Positions 9,961 through 19,917 of a stretch of 64,000 nucleotides of DNA are shown piece after piece; within the stretch, counting starts at the first letter, position 1; each line of letters starts with the position of its first letter. The position numbers and the translations under genes were made by a program. The stretch is from a virus: IMG/VR virus record IMGVR_UViG_3300031565_000016, positions 3,905-67,904 of that record; one strand, written 5' to 3'. The notes beneath the pieces are model-generated. The model was not told where the DNA came from and did not search any database. It saw only the letters and a list, made by a program, of their open reading frames with translations.

Positions 9961-10655
9961 CCGTTGGTACCCCCAAGGCTCATGCTACCTGATGTCATCA
10001 TTGAAAAATTAGCAGATGCTCGCAAAGCGAATAATGTAAGACCATATTGTGTCCTGCTTAAATCAGCTTTTATTGCCCCACGTGTGGAACCGCTGTCATT
10101 TTCTGATATTGAACCATAGGCAATTGCCAAATCCCCTTGATCAAGGCTTTTAATTGAGCCATTACCTGCAGCAGTTGCACCACCCATACTCAATAATTGT
10201 GAATTTTGTGCATCTAATTGCAAAAGGTGTGCAGCACGTAATGCAATAGCATAATTGTATTTGCCTTTGTACCAAAGTTCATTTGTTTGTAAAATAGCCA
10301 AAGATAAAAAGCTATCTTGTGTATCTGTATTTAATACACCGGTTGTGATAACCGCTTGCGTAGCGCCACCTGTTACGATGGCGCTCAGTAAGATTTCATC
10401 ACGGATGGTTGTAACTGTAATAACTAAACCACTTCTTGTTGCGGTTGAAACAATAGGAAGTGCAGCAATACTTATTACAAAAGCATCTAATGTCGTGTCG
10501 GAATCTGTTGCAAATAGTGCAACTGCAGTTTGCCCATTAACTGTACAGCTAATGGTGTTGCCTGTTACCAATACACCATCAAGGCTGAGCCAATTTGCTC
10601 TTGCATTGAATTGTGGTGCAATTAGTTCCAGGTATTCTGCTGCAGTTGTAGCCAT
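9957..10655 (-). CDS. Head-tail adaptor (DUF4054-like) with an inserted beta domain
   Basis: APQF, L-x-AAHLL, G-x-L-A-I-A-Y, TQYG motifs; extra ~85-aa insert after residue ~20. Confidence 0.75.
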   Translation of the reverse strand: MATTAAEYLELIAPQFNARANWLSLDGVLVTGNTISCTVNGQTAVALFATDSDTTLDAFVISIAALPIVSTATRSGLVITVTTIRDEILLSAIVTGGATQAVITTGVLNTDTQDSFLSLAILQTNELWYKGKYNYAIALRAAHLLQLDAQNSQLLSMGGATAAGNGSIKSLDQGDLAIAYGSISENDSGSTRGAIKADLSRTQYGLTLFALRASANFSMMTSGSMSLGGTNG

Positions 10656-10658
10656 TTT

Positions 10659-11321
10659 TTAGATTTCCTTTCTTTTTCCGTCGAATTTTTCGATACTATC
10701 AATTTGATTCAGCACACATACCCGTAATGACTCATCCTTGAATTTCTTTTTCCAAGTGGCGAGTGTTTCTGGGTTGTATGTGTCTTTGATAATTTCTTCA
10801 GCTTCGTCAAGATCCATTTTTTCAATATCACGAACTTTTAGTTTTGGGCTTGGTGCTCCACCCATTTTTTCCAAGTATAAACCGTAGGCCGAAAGGATTG
10901 CATCCTCTGAACTTGATTTTACCCGAAAAGAACGAATTTCACCTGGTGGGAGTTGTTTTGCATCAACTGTGTCTGCAAGTGTAACCAAAAAATGGCCACC
11001 AGTTTCGGGTTTAACACCGTCACCACCTGCTGCAATTACTTCAAAAAACTTTTCCAATGTAAGAATTTTATTAACCTGTGCCTGTTCGGGTGCTTTTACT
11101 TCACCTTCTACATTTACTTCAATTAATACACCTTTACGAATATATTGTTGAATAACAGATATTTTTCTTACTTCTTCCCAAACTGCTTTTGGAATTAGAT
11201 TGTGGCCAGCATATAAAGAAAATTCCTTTACAATAACTTTGCCATCAATTTTTGCCTTAATAGAGGGGAGGCCTATTAAGCCATGCCCCGCTTTTTTATT
11301 ATCAATTATTACATTTTCCAT
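10659..11321 (-). CDS. Hypothetical head-region protein
   Basis: 220 aa ORF between capsid and adaptor genes. Confidence 0.55.
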   Translation of the reverse strand: MENVIIDNKKAGHGLIGLPSIKAKIDGKVIVKEFSLYAGHNLIPKAVWEEVRKISVIQQYIRKGVLIEVNVEGEVKAPEQAQVNKILTLEKFFEVIAAGGDGVKPETGGHFLVTLADTVDAKQLPPGEIRSFRVKSSSEDAILSAYGLYLEKMGGAPSPKLKVRDIEKMDLDEAEEIIKDTYNPETLATWKKKFKDESLRVCVLNQIDSIEKFDGKRKEI

Positions 11322-11341
11322 TTAATGCCATCCTGTTAATG

Positions 11342-12358
11342 TTAAATTCCTACAGCCTTCACAACAGATTGTGGGTATGGTATAGATACACCACCTGTGC
11401 GTGCTATTTGTGTTACAACGTATTCCATGTTTTTATACTCCTGAGGTAATGTCATCATTGGAACAGGTCTGTTTTGGTAAAGATTACGTGGGCTTTTCAC
11501 ATAACCGATCATAATGTCTTCACCAAGTGCACCTGCACCAGCGCATTCTTCCACCCAATCAACACTTACACCTGGGTGCGTGTTGAGAAAAAACTGAAGC
11601 ACTGAAATATCAGACGCTGTACTATTCTGCTTAGTTGAAATTATGTCATGCTGAGCAATTGGCATAATTATCTGGTTTACAATACGTTTTCCGCGTGTTG
11701 TAGTTTTAACTAAACGTGTCATACCATTAAGGTCTGCAATTTGTTCAGCTGCTGTTTTTGTTGAAAATTCAGGGTTACCGCCTGTACCATTTGGAATTAC
11801 ATATTCCAAAATACCTGGAAAATCAAATAAACCTTGGAGGCCATCATTAGCAGAGCCATACCATGCAGCACGGTCAAGGCGTTCCATGATTGCTTCTGTT
11901 GCTGTTTGTGCTCGTCTGGTTGCAAGATTGATATTTGTACGTTGTGCACGTGCAATTTCAAAAATGTTGTACCCATAAGCTGCTGCAACTGTTTTTACTG
12001 AAACAGTAACTTCTTCCCCAAGGATGTCAACCCGTGGAATGTCAGTTGCATAATCAGATATAATTTTTGCATAACCACGTTTGCTGAATCTTCGATATGT
12101 GATTGTTTCAACACCAAGGTCGCCCTCAGTATTAACAGGTATCAAACTGTCAGCTTTTAATTCATGGTATTCATAATCAAAAGTTTCTGTTTTAATCAAC
12201 TCTAATTGGCGAGCAAAGAAAATCTGGCCTTGTGAGTCAAGTACCAAAGTACCAGCAGAATCTTTTTTGAAGGTTCCTTCAGCAAAACCAGCCACATCGT
12301 TGACGTTTCCGCCTCCGCTGAGAAAAGAAGGCTTTGCATCTAAATTTAATATTTTCAT
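11342..12358 (-). CDS. Major capsid protein (DUF2184 / HK97 fold)
   Basis: FFARQLE, DIPRVD, YGYN-x-x-E, AWYG...LQGL, TGGV-x-I-x-YP motifs. Confidence 0.9.
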   Translation of the reverse strand: MKILNLDAKPSFLSGGGNVNDVAGFAEGTFKKDSAGTLVLDSQGQIFFARQLELIKTETFDYEYHELKADSLIPVNTEGDLGVETITYRRFSKRGYAKIISDYATDIPRVDILGEEVTVSVKTVAAAYGYNIFEIARAQRTNINLATRRAQTATEAIMERLDRAAWYGSANDGLQGLFDFPGILEYVIPNGTGGNPEFSTKTAAEQIADLNGMTRLVKTTTRGKRIVNQIIMPIAQHDIISTKQNSTASDISVLQFFLNTHPGVSVDWVEECAGAGALGEDIMIGYVKSPRNLYQNRPVPMMTLPQEYKNMEYVVTQIARTGGVSIPYPQSVVKAVGI

Positions 12359-12371
12359 TTTTCATATCTCC

Positions 12372-13160
12372 TTAGATAGCGGTAAGTCCGCCCTCAAGTT
12401 GTACAACATATAAGTTGGTAACTGATGGGTCTTCAATATAATGCGCGTGCACCAATTGGTTGCCGGATGAAGTAGCAAATGCGGTAAATTTACCAACACC
12501 AGCAACTGTTTTTAAAATGTTACATTGTGTTTGTGCCAAAATGGTTGTTCCATCTGTTTCAACAACAATTGCACCTAGGTTCAAAATAGAAACAACTTCA
12601 CCTGGATCGTTTTCTGTTGCACCAGGGGCAAAACTAGCATCAGCATAAGTTGGTGCATTTGTTTGTTTCTGCAAAGAAGTAGAAACACCCAAAAATGCAA
12701 GGGAGCCAGAAATTGCAGCGGTGCCAGGTGTAACAGTTGCCTGTGTAGCTCCTAATGTAATAGCACCAGTTGTTGTAATAGCAGCACCTTTAGTGGTAAT
12801 TGTTATTACTAATGAGTTAAGTGATGCAAGTATACCAGTTACAGCATTAAGTTGTGCAACAAGCGCAGCAAGTGTTGTGGCTGAATCAGTTGCAAATGTT
12901 TCTGCATAAGCAGTCCCATTCACTGTCACCGTAAGCACATTACCTGTAACAAGCACATCTGAAAGGGTTAATGTATTTGTGTCAACTTTTGGTAAACACA
13001 CAAATTGGTCGTCGCCTTCATAACCAAAAACCGCACGCCCAAAAGGGATTGCATCTGTTCCGATCACTTTTCGGCTTAAAAATTGTTTTGGGCCGGTTCC
13101 GTAAAGAGATCCTGCACGTGCTCTTTCTAGGTAGCCCCATTCGCCATTGGAAATAGTCAT
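12372..13160 (-). CDS. Capsid decoration / cement protein with an inserted beta domain
   Basis: IPFGRAV and VSILNLGAIVV motifs; between protease and capsid; start MTISN follows a GGAG RBS. Confidence 0.7.
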   Translation of the reverse strand: MTISNGEWGYLERARAGSLYGTGPKQFLSRKVIGTDAIPFGRAVFGYEGDDQFVCLPKVDTNTLTLSDVLVTGNVLTVTVNGTAYAETFATDSATTLAALVAQLNAVTGILASLNSLVITITTKGAAITTTGAITLGATQATVTPGTAAISGSLAFLGVSTSLQKQTNAPTYADASFAPGATENDPGEVVSILNLGAIVVETDGTTILAQTQCNILKTVAGVGKFTAFATSSGNQLVHAHYIEDPSVTNLYVVQLEGGLTAI

Positions 13161-13162
13161 TT

Positions 13163-14497
13163 TTATTTCTCCCATTTAGCAGCAAGATCCTGCTTTAATT
13201 TTAGTTCTGCACTTATTGCATCACTCTTGTCTTCTTTTTTTGTCACTGGTGTAACAACTGCATCATGCACAACTTGTGCATTTGCAATATCTGCTTCCAC
13301 TAAAGTGTCAAGTTTTTTACAAATCATTGCAAATGCACCATCAATAAAACCTTCAGATACACTATCAAGTTTTGCTTCTGCGTCCATTGCAAGAATAACA
13401 GCTTTCTTTTTATCAAGGTCTGTTGCATCTTCTGCCACAACTGCCTTTGATTTAGTAACTGCTGCATCTAATTTCTGAGCCTTTGCTGCAAATGCTGCCA
13501 CTTCTGCTTTTGGTATGCAATCGTCAAGTTTTGCCTTGAGTTCCACAACTTCTTTTTCAGATTGGTCAAATTTACCTTGTAAAGTGTCTCTTTCTGTTGT
13601 AACCTCTACCAATGCTTCATCTGCCTTTAGCTTTGCAGCCTCAGCGTCTTTTGCACCGGCAATGGCTTTGTCAAGTGTAATTGCTACATGCCCAGGCACT
13701 GTATAAGTGAGGCCATCTAGCACGATATCCTTGTCCATGCCGTCTCCTTTTTTCTTTGGTTTGTTTTTTTCGTTTTTTCGTTTTGTGCCACCGCATTCTT
13801 CGGCAACCATTGCCCCGTCCATTTTAAGCACTGCGTCGTCCCCAGCACGCCCTTCATCAACAATAGCTAGGTGATTATACCTAATATTGGTTTGAATAGC
13901 ATCATATGCCACCCCACCCCAAATACCAGGCCGTTCCACCACATCAGTAGTATAACCACATGAAAGTCCACGTTTACCAGCTTCTACATCCTGCACGGCC
14001 TTCTTTTGTTGGATAGATACAGATGTTGAAATAAAACCGTGCATTTGATCAGCAGTTACTTCTTCACCAACGTTACCAACTGTGTACTGCCCAACATTGT
14101 CTGCTGTTACAGCAACACCAGGTGGGTGGTCATTTGTTATTGGTACCATTTTAAGGCTTGCAACGCTATCTGGGTGGTATACGTGTTCGGGTGCCCGTAG
14201 TTCTCTTCTAACAGATCCGTCGGCCTGTAGGTAAGGGAATACACCGATTGTGGTGGCCACGGCTCGGCCAAGTAAAAAACCTTCATCATTTTTTTCAAGT
14301 GGTTGGTAGTCCCATTCTTTTTCCATGCGGGATCTTTCATTGAACCAGTCAACTTCTTCCCCTTTAGAAATCAAGCCACCCAAAAAGTCAGTTCTTTTAA
14401 TACCTTTATCGACCCTAAAATTAATTTCAGCACTATCAAAGCGCATTGTGGGTACTGCTAATATTACTTCATTGAATAGAGTATTTAATTTAGCCAT
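13163..14497 (-). CDS. Prohead protease/scaffold (DUF2213)
   Basis: GVFPY, ELR-x-PE, PITNDHP, LSCGY, IRYNHLAIVDEGRAG, followed by a coiled-coil scaffold. Confidence 0.9.
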   Translation of the reverse strand: MAKLNTLFNEVILAVPTMRFDSAEINFRVDKGIKRTDFLGGLISKGEEVDWFNERSRMEKEWDYQPLEKNDEGFLLGRAVATTIGVFPYLQADGSVRRELRAPEHVYHPDSVASLKMVPITNDHPPGVAVTADNVGQYTVGNVGEEVTADQMHGFISTSVSIQQKKAVQDVEAGKRGLSCGYTTDVVERPGIWGGVAYDAIQTNIRYNHLAIVDEGRAGDDAVLKMDGAMVAEECGGTKRKNEKNKPKKKGDGMDKDIVLDGLTYTVPGHVAITLDKAIAGAKDAEAAKLKADEALVEVTTERDTLQGKFDQSEKEVVELKAKLDDCIPKAEVAAFAAKAQKLDAAVTKSKAVVAEDATDLDKKKAVILAMDAEAKLDSVSEGFIDGAFAMICKKLDTLVEADIANAQVVHDAVVTPVTKKEDKSDAISAELKLKQDLAAKWEK

Positions 14498-14714
14498 TAC
14501 GAACCTCTTTCTTTTTTGTCTCTGGTTCTTTCACCGGCTTTTTTGGCGTTTGTATTGCAAGATTATTGCCAGTTCTAAATTCTTTCACTATAAGCTCCGG
14601 ATTTTGCCTTAATGAATTGCTATAACTTAAAGGTATTTTAATAGTTAATGAACTTTTGGTATTTATGTTAAAACAAAACAAAACTTTATATTTTTATTGT
14701 ATTAACATTTATAT

Positions 14715-14757
14715 TTTTTAAAAAAGTATTTGCTTTTGCTATTTTGTTGGTTATATT
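14715..14757 (+). promoter_or_regulatory. Early-type promoter facing the head operon
   Basis: TTTTAAAAAAGT-AT-TTGCTT-N16-TATATT, matching the class-1 consensus. Confidence 0.5.
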
Positions 14758-14852
14758 TTAAATATGTTCCTTTTGTAGTGGTACACTATGCAGCTAAGAA
14801 GATTTGACCAAAATAAAAAACATGTGTGAACTTAACAAAAGAATGGACGTGA

Positions 14853-15872
14853 TTATTGCAAAAATGGATTATTTGCAATATGCTTATCGGTTGCTTTTAA
14901 AAGCTCCCTGAATATAGGTATGTATGTGCACCTGCATTGGAATGCTTTGCCTGCCTGTAATGGTTCTTCCATTGGTGTTTTTTTGCGCCAAGTTTTCCCG
15001 CCATCATCGGATATAACTGTTTTATCTTCTAAATTTATTGTTTTGCTGTTCATTGCATAGTGGCTTGGTTTTGCTTTAGGGTATTTGCCACGTGGGTTGC
15101 CCCTGACACGTTCATCCCCAGCAGTAAGCCACTTACCAAGGGTGAGACCTGCTTCTTGCATGCGCCTGGTTGTTAAATCACTATTTAATGACCCAGTTTC
15201 ATTTCGTGCAATAAGGTTTGCCCTGGCAACATTGTTCATTGCCCCTGATTTTGCCTTTGGTAATATGCCAAGTATTTTGTCACGTGTATTAGTCCAAAGT
15301 AGCCCATTTTCTACCCCATTGCGAACTATTTGCATGCTATTATGCAAAAATTCACGTGTAACATTTAGCCATACTTCTTCATTGCGTTCAATCCAACTAT
15401 CAATCACCTGCTGGTGCCATGTCTCATGCGCCATAACAATAGTAGTCTTTTCGTCCCCCCCAAGTATAGTGCCTGTGAATTTCCCCCACTGTGTCACATT
15501 AAAAGCGTCTATTTCCATGGCCTTTTTTAATAGGTAAGCTGACCTATACGCAGTAACTTCCCCAAATATTTCTTCCTGTATGGAATTTACAAATTGTTCT
15601 AGGTCTTTAATGTCCCCCTGGTATGCGTCACCATGGAAATCTGACACCCAATTATTATACTGGGGCTTTGTGAAATCTATAACACCTTTAATTAGTACTC
15701 GTATGTATTTTGATAATGTATTGGAATATTCACGTTCAGCAGATTTTGGAAATAACCACGGCATGTTGTACACACCGTCCTGTGTTCGTTCCCTGACGGC
15801 TTTTGGCATTTTTGCCCTGTGCCTAACCAACGCTGGGAAGAGGTAGCTATTTTCTGGGTTAACAGCAGCCAT
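14853..15872 (-). CDS. Minor head protein (Mu gpF / SPP1 gp7-like)
   Basis: RANLIARNET, WLTAGDERVR, H, and FQCRC motifs. Confidence 0.88.
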   Translation of the reverse strand: MAAVNPENSYLFPALVRHRAKMPKAVRERTQDGVYNMPWLFPKSAEREYSNTLSKYIRVLIKGVIDFTKPQYNNWVSDFHGDAYQGDIKDLEQFVNSIQEEIFGEVTAYRSAYLLKKAMEIDAFNVTQWGKFTGTILGGDEKTTIVMAHETWHQQVIDSWIERNEEVWLNVTREFLHNSMQIVRNGVENGLLWTNTRDKILGILPKAKSGAMNNVARANLIARNETGSLNSDLTTRRMQEAGLTLGKWLTAGDERVRGNPRGKYPKAKPSHYAMNSKTINLEDKTVISDDGGKTWRKKTPMEEPLQAGKAFQCRCTYIPIFRELLKATDKHIANNPFLQ

Positions 15873-17479
15873 TATTTGCCAGTCATTCTTTTAAGTTGTT
15901 CTGGGTTAAAATAACCGCAATTTTGTAAAACTTCATATTGTAAATTTTTGTCATAATTGTCAAACCCTTTAGCCTTTAAATCTGCAATAATGCCATCTAT
16001 TTTTTCATCAAGTTTCTGTTGGTTAATGCCGTCCATTGCTTTCATATAATCTGCAACATCCTGTTCTAATTCTTCTGCTGTGGTCTCTTCTACTTCTTCT
16101 GCCTCAGGTGCTTCTTCCTGTTGCAGCACTGTGTCAAAACTATAAGATTCACCACCAAAGCGACTTTTCCGTACTTCGTCAGCAAATAGTGCTGCAATGT
16201 CGAGTGTATACATTTTATCAATTTCTGCCTGTATTTTTTTCATTTCTAATAGTTCTTTCTCTGACGGCATATCAGGGTGGTTGAAACTAACTTGGTGCCT
16301 TGATTTCCCCTTGGTAATTAGGTCAATTAAATACTGTACCCCAGGCTCAAGGTCTTCTTGCACACCAATGGTAAAATCATTATAATTTTTTGCGTCACTT
16401 TCACCTGTTGAATTTTCACCAGCTGGGGATCTCCCAAATAGTTTTGTAATTGGTATTTCTGACATACCAGCAATTTGCATTTGGTTTAATGCCATTATAT
16501 CAGGTATTCCAGAAAAGTTTATCTGCTCCCTTTTAAAATCCTCGCCTGATTCTGCATCCAACAAAATAGATTGTATGACACTTTTGGTGAGTACCATAGC
16601 TTTTATGCGCGCTTGAAATTTTGACCAAGCCTCTGTGCTGGCTTCACTATCACTATCACCCATGTCAGCAAGCAAATCTTTAAGGCCAGCCATTATAAAC
16701 TTTCCAACTGTACTTTCTTGCATCATTGTTGCAATTGCTTTCATACCTGTGCCATAGTACCCAAGTGCCTCCATTATTGGTTCTAATACACCACCACCCC
16801 AAAATTCCTCTTCTATAGTGTTATGTATAGACCCAGCACCTTCGTTGACCCTGTCGTATTTCTCGCCCTTCATAATAATAAGCCGTGAATGGTGTACTGG
16901 GAAAACACCACCAAGGCGCTTTCTAATTTTAAATATTTCTATTTCTTCGTACATTGAGCTTGTTGGGTCTTGATTTAAATCACCTTCAATGATTTCAAAT
17001 TCCCCACGGTTGAAGTTTTTAAGCCCCACAATTTCTGTTATCCCATTTATGTCTAGTGGTTTTTCTAACTTGTCCGCATTTTTAGTCTGAATTAAAATAG
17101 CACCACCACCAAACTTTCTGGCATGTATTGCTAATTGTGTGAATGCTTTTTTTGCTTTAAGGTGCTTTAAGGTGTCAAGCAATTTATTATCAGTGTCATC
17201 ACTGATTTTTACCCAGTTTTTAGTGGCATCTTTGGCAGGCGCTTTTACTATTGTCCGTGCAATGCCGTCTTTTCTGTACATTGATTCAAATATTGCAATG
17301 GGGGTTGCATACCCTCCTGTAAATGCATTGTACTCACTTTTATCATCCGCAGTGCCAATGCCACTTGCAAAATTAGTCCAACTGTCACCGCGTGCCCCAC
17401 TTTTAGTGCTTCCACCAAGCAGTAACATTGCCTGTTCTAATGCAACTTGCATATCAACTTTACTCATTCCGTCCGACAT
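15872..17479 (-). CDS. Portal protein (DUF1073-type)
   Basis: ARKFGGGAI, VHHSRLI, IPITKLFGRSPAGENSTGESDAKNY motifs. Confidence 0.9.
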   Translation of the reverse strand: MSDGMSKVDMQVALEQAMLLLGGSTKSGARGDSWTNFASGIGTADDKSEYNAFTGGYATPIAIFESMYRKDGIARTIVKAPAKDATKNWVKISDDTDNKLLDTLKHLKAKKAFTQLAIHARKFGGGAILIQTKNADKLEKPLDINGITEIVGLKNFNRGEFEIIEGDLNQDPTSSMYEEIEIFKIRKRLGGVFPVHHSRLIIMKGEKYDRVNEGAGSIHNTIEEEFWGGGVLEPIMEALGYYGTGMKAIATMMQESTVGKFIMAGLKDLLADMGDSDSEASTEAWSKFQARIKAMVLTKSVIQSILLDAESGEDFKREQINFSGIPDIMALNQMQIAGMSEIPITKLFGRSPAGENSTGESDAKNYNDFTIGVQEDLEPGVQYLIDLITKGKSRHQVSFNHPDMPSEKELLEMKKIQAEIDKMYTLDIAALFADEVRKSRFGGESYSFDTVLQQEEAPEAEEVEETTAEELEQDVADYMKAMDGINQQKLDEKIDGIIADLKAKGFDNYDKNLQYEVLQNCGYFNPEQLKRMTGK

Positions 17480-17593
17480 ATGAAAATTCCCTATTTGTAT
17501 TACTTTAAATATAAAATATAAAACCGTTACTTTTTGTATTACCTTTTTTGGTGAAAAATCAATCTAAACTATTTTGTTAAAAAGTTTACTATT

Positions 17594-17635
17594 TTTTAAA
17601 AAGTAGTTGTGTTTATATGTTATTTTGTATATATT
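17594..17635 (+). promoter_or_regulatory. Early-type promoter
   Basis: TTTTAAAAAGT-AG-TTGTGT-N17-TATATT, then AAGGGG RBS and ATG 17654. Confidence 0.6.
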
Positions 17636-17653
17636 ATAAAAAAGGGGTACATT

Positions 17654-17791
17654 ATGCTTATCATATACAATACACACACAGGCGCACAAGTTACAGTAAA
17701 CAGCACAGAATGGGATTTATGTATAGCATGTGACTTGCTTTACACAGAAGGCGAAATATTAAAAGATTTAATTGTAATATATTGTTCATAG
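17654..17791 (+). CDS. Small early protein (45 aa)
   Basis: ATG after promoter and AGGGG RBS; MLIIYNTHTG... Confidence 0.55.
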   Translation: MLIIYNTHTGAQVTVNSTEWDLCIACDLLYTEGEILKDLIVIYCS

Positions 17792-17799
17792 GGGGCAAC

Positions 17800-17958
17800 A
17801 TGAAAAGAAGTAGAAAAGAAATTCAGCGTCATAATTTATTGCATTGGGCAAAAAAAGAACTTTGTGATATAGTTATTAGTGCAAAAGATGTAATTGCAGA
17901 AAATGGGCAACCAATAACAGGGTATGGGCAATTCTACACTGGTGGTAATAATGGCTGA
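17800..17958 (+). CDS. Small early protein (52 aa; not in ORF track)
   Basis: GGGGG RBS; MKRSRKEIQRHNLLHWAKKELCD... Confidence 0.55.
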   Translation: MKRSRKEIQRHNLLHWAKKELCDIVISAKDVIAENGQPITGYGQFYTGGNNG

Positions 17959-18112
17959 CAATGAAATAACTGGTGCCCTACAGTGGAGAATTTCCAGATT
18001 AAAAATGGAAAGTGTTGCACGTAGGCGAGAAATAGTATATTACTGGGTGCTATCTAAAGCTATAACACTGCATCAATTTTGCACAATAATTAAGTTTGTT
18101 GAATTAAATTAA
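17951..18112 (+). CDS. Small early protein
   Basis: Overlaps the previous stop; GGTGG RBS; MADNEITG... Confidence 0.5.
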   Translation: MADNEITGALQWRISRLKMESVARRREIVYYWVLSKAITLHQFCTIIKFVELN

Positions 18113-18116
18113 ATAA

Positions 18117-18138
18117 TGGCTCTTTTTGAGCCAATTTT
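18117..18138. terminator. Hairpin terminator between convergent genes
   Basis: TGGCTC-TTTTT-GAGCCA flanked by A/T runs. Confidence 0.5.
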
Positions 18139-18953
18139 TATGCGTATAAACGGGACAAAGTAGCAATGCATTCTTTATCCCGTTTTCTAAATGGCCTTTG
18201 ATATTGTAGTTCTGCAATGCCCATATTCATTAATTGCCGTATACGTTCCCTGGTTACACCATATAATTCACCAACCTGCCCCATTGTTTTTGGTACCCCA
18301 TCAGATATACCATAATAACAATCCAAGATACTTGCATACCGTTTTGTTATCCCCCCAAGCCGTTTTTTAACATAGGCCTCAATTTCTATTAATTCAATAG
18401 CTTTATCTGGGGCATCTGTATTACTTGCCAGCTTATGATGGAGTTCTTTATCATCGCTGTCATCTTCGCTTTTTTTAATTCCGTCCAGGGACAATGTATT
18501 ATCTCTAATCTCAGTATATTCCAACAGGTGCTTTGGCCAAAGTTCCTTTGGAACATCGTCATTCACCAACTTATTCATTACACGGTGTAAATTTTGTGGA
18601 ATACGTATAATAGAACCAGAATCTTGTATTGTGCTTGTTATTTTTTGCCTTACCCACCATACGGCATATGTAATAAATTTGAAACCCTTATTTGTGTCAA
18701 AATTGTCACGGGCTTGTATAAGCCCAATAATTCCTATACTAATAAGATCTTCAAAAGCATATGGTGAATTCCTATAGGATAAGGCAACTTTTAGAACAAA
18801 CCGCAAATTTGCTGTAATTAGGAGGTCACCTGCTTTTTTATTCCCATTTTTGAATGCAGTAAATAGTTCATATTCCTGCTTTTTTGTTATTGGTTTTGTC
18901 TTTGCAATATCTTTCATGTATTTAACAAGCAATTCACTGTCAATTCTAACCAT
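18138..18953 (-). CDS. RpoD/SigA-like sigma-70 factor (regions 1.2-4)
   Basis: YMKDI, ANLRFV, DLISIG-x-x-GL, GFKFITYAVWWVRQ, IRIP, VTRERIRQL. Confidence 0.92.
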   Translation of the reverse strand: MVRIDSELLVKYMKDIAKTKPITKKQEYELFTAFKNGNKKAGDLLITANLRFVLKVALSYRNSPYAFEDLISIGIIGLIQARDNFDTNKGFKFITYAVWWVRQKITSTIQDSGSIIRIPQNLHRVMNKLVNDDVPKELWPKHLLEYTEIRDNTLSLDGIKKSEDDSDDKELHHKLASNTDAPDKAIELIEIEAYVKKRLGGITKRYASILDCYYGISDGVPKTMGQVGELYGVTRERIRQLMNMGIAELQYQRPFRKRDKECIATLSRLYA

Positions 18954-18957
18954 GTAA

Positions 18958-19206
18958 CTACCCTCTCTTTACTTTCATTTTTAGCCAATAAGCGCGTGCT
19001 TTTTTATTATAACGTGACAAAAGGCAGCCTGATTTTGAGTGCGAGTCGCCTACACAATGAATGCAGGAACTTGTGTGCATCTTTATCTTTTCACACTCAA
19101 CGTTGAAACATGTAAGCTGGTGTGGTGGTACATCTTCCATCCCATCTTTTACCTGGGGCAGCCTTAATCCAAGTAATAACTTTTCCATTTTTTCGTCAAT
19201 CTTCAT
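18958..19206 (-). CDS. Hypothetical Cys-rich protein
   Basis: 82 aa ORF with RBS. Confidence 0.5.
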   Translation of the reverse strand: MKIDEKMEKLLLGLRLPQVKDGMEDVPPHQLTCFNVECEKIKMHTSSCIHCVGDSHSKSGCLLSRYNKKARAYWLKMKVKRG

Positions 19207-19333
19207 GTTCCCTCTTTGCCTTTTGTAATTTTAGCACTAATTCTGATAGTGCAATTGCAATTACCCATACACTTAACCCACCTATTAATGGTGCTGCTAT
19301 TGATAATAATACTATTTCAATTTGTGTAACCAT
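19196..19333 (-). CDS. Small membrane peptide (45 aa; not in ORF track)
   Basis: MVTQIEIVLLSIAAPLIGGLSVWVIAIALSELV..., downstream of a TTTTATAATAA motif. Confidence 0.45.
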   Translation of the reverse strand: MVTQIEIVLLSIAAPLIGGLSVWVIAIALSELVLKLQKAKREHED

Positions 19334-19368
19334 GTTACTACCTACTATTATTATAAAAACTTTAACAA

Positions 19369-19917
19369 TTAAACACCTGCATTAATCCACTTAACAACCC
19401 CAAGTGGTAGGTGCTTCACTTTATTTGCAGCAAAAAACTCATCTAATTCTTTGTCTATTTCTTTAGAAGCTTCTTCATGCCCATACTCACTTTCTTCTTT
19501 CTTTGCTTCCGCCCACCCTTGCAAAAATTCAGAAATGGGCATTGTTTGAATTAATTCTACTTGTTCCTTTAGTTCTCTTTTATTCATTGCTTTTTCTAAA
19601 ATGTAATCAGTGTGTTTTTGCACACTAGAGTCAAAGTTACTTATTCCAAGTATCAACCTTGAAATTTCAGCGCGCACTTCATCGTCGGTCTTCCTTTTTC
19701 CCGTTTGTTTTTCAAACCTACTTACACCATAGGAATTTGCAACCTGTGTCAATGCTTCGCCTATGGCTATAACCCCCATATCCCCTAATTTTTTATTATA
19801 CCTGGCCTTTTTATAATGCCTGTATTTAAGCAAAATAAAAGGTATTGCTTTGTCGAATACAATATTTATAAAGGTGACCCAAATAATTGTAACTGCAACA
19901 TAATCTGACATTCCCAT
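19369..19917 (-). CDS. Hypothetical protein with N-terminal transmembrane segment
   Basis: 182 aa; hydrophobic residues ~7-30. Confidence 0.55.
   Translation of the reverse strand: MGMSDYVAVTIIWVTFINIVFDKAIPFILLKYRHYKKARYNKKLGDMGVIAIGEALTQVANSYGVSRFEKQTGKRKTDDEVRAEISRLILGISNFDSSVQKHTDYILEKAMNKRELKEQVELIQTMPISEFLQGWAEAKKEESEYGHEEASKEIDKELDEFFAANKVKHLPLGVVKWINAGV

Noticed and set aside
15872-17479. Anti-CBASS Acb1 (a label sometimes attached to DUF1073 proteins)
   Set aside because: Size, motifs and position before gpF and the protease identify a portal; no separate 2H phosphoesterase domain was evident.
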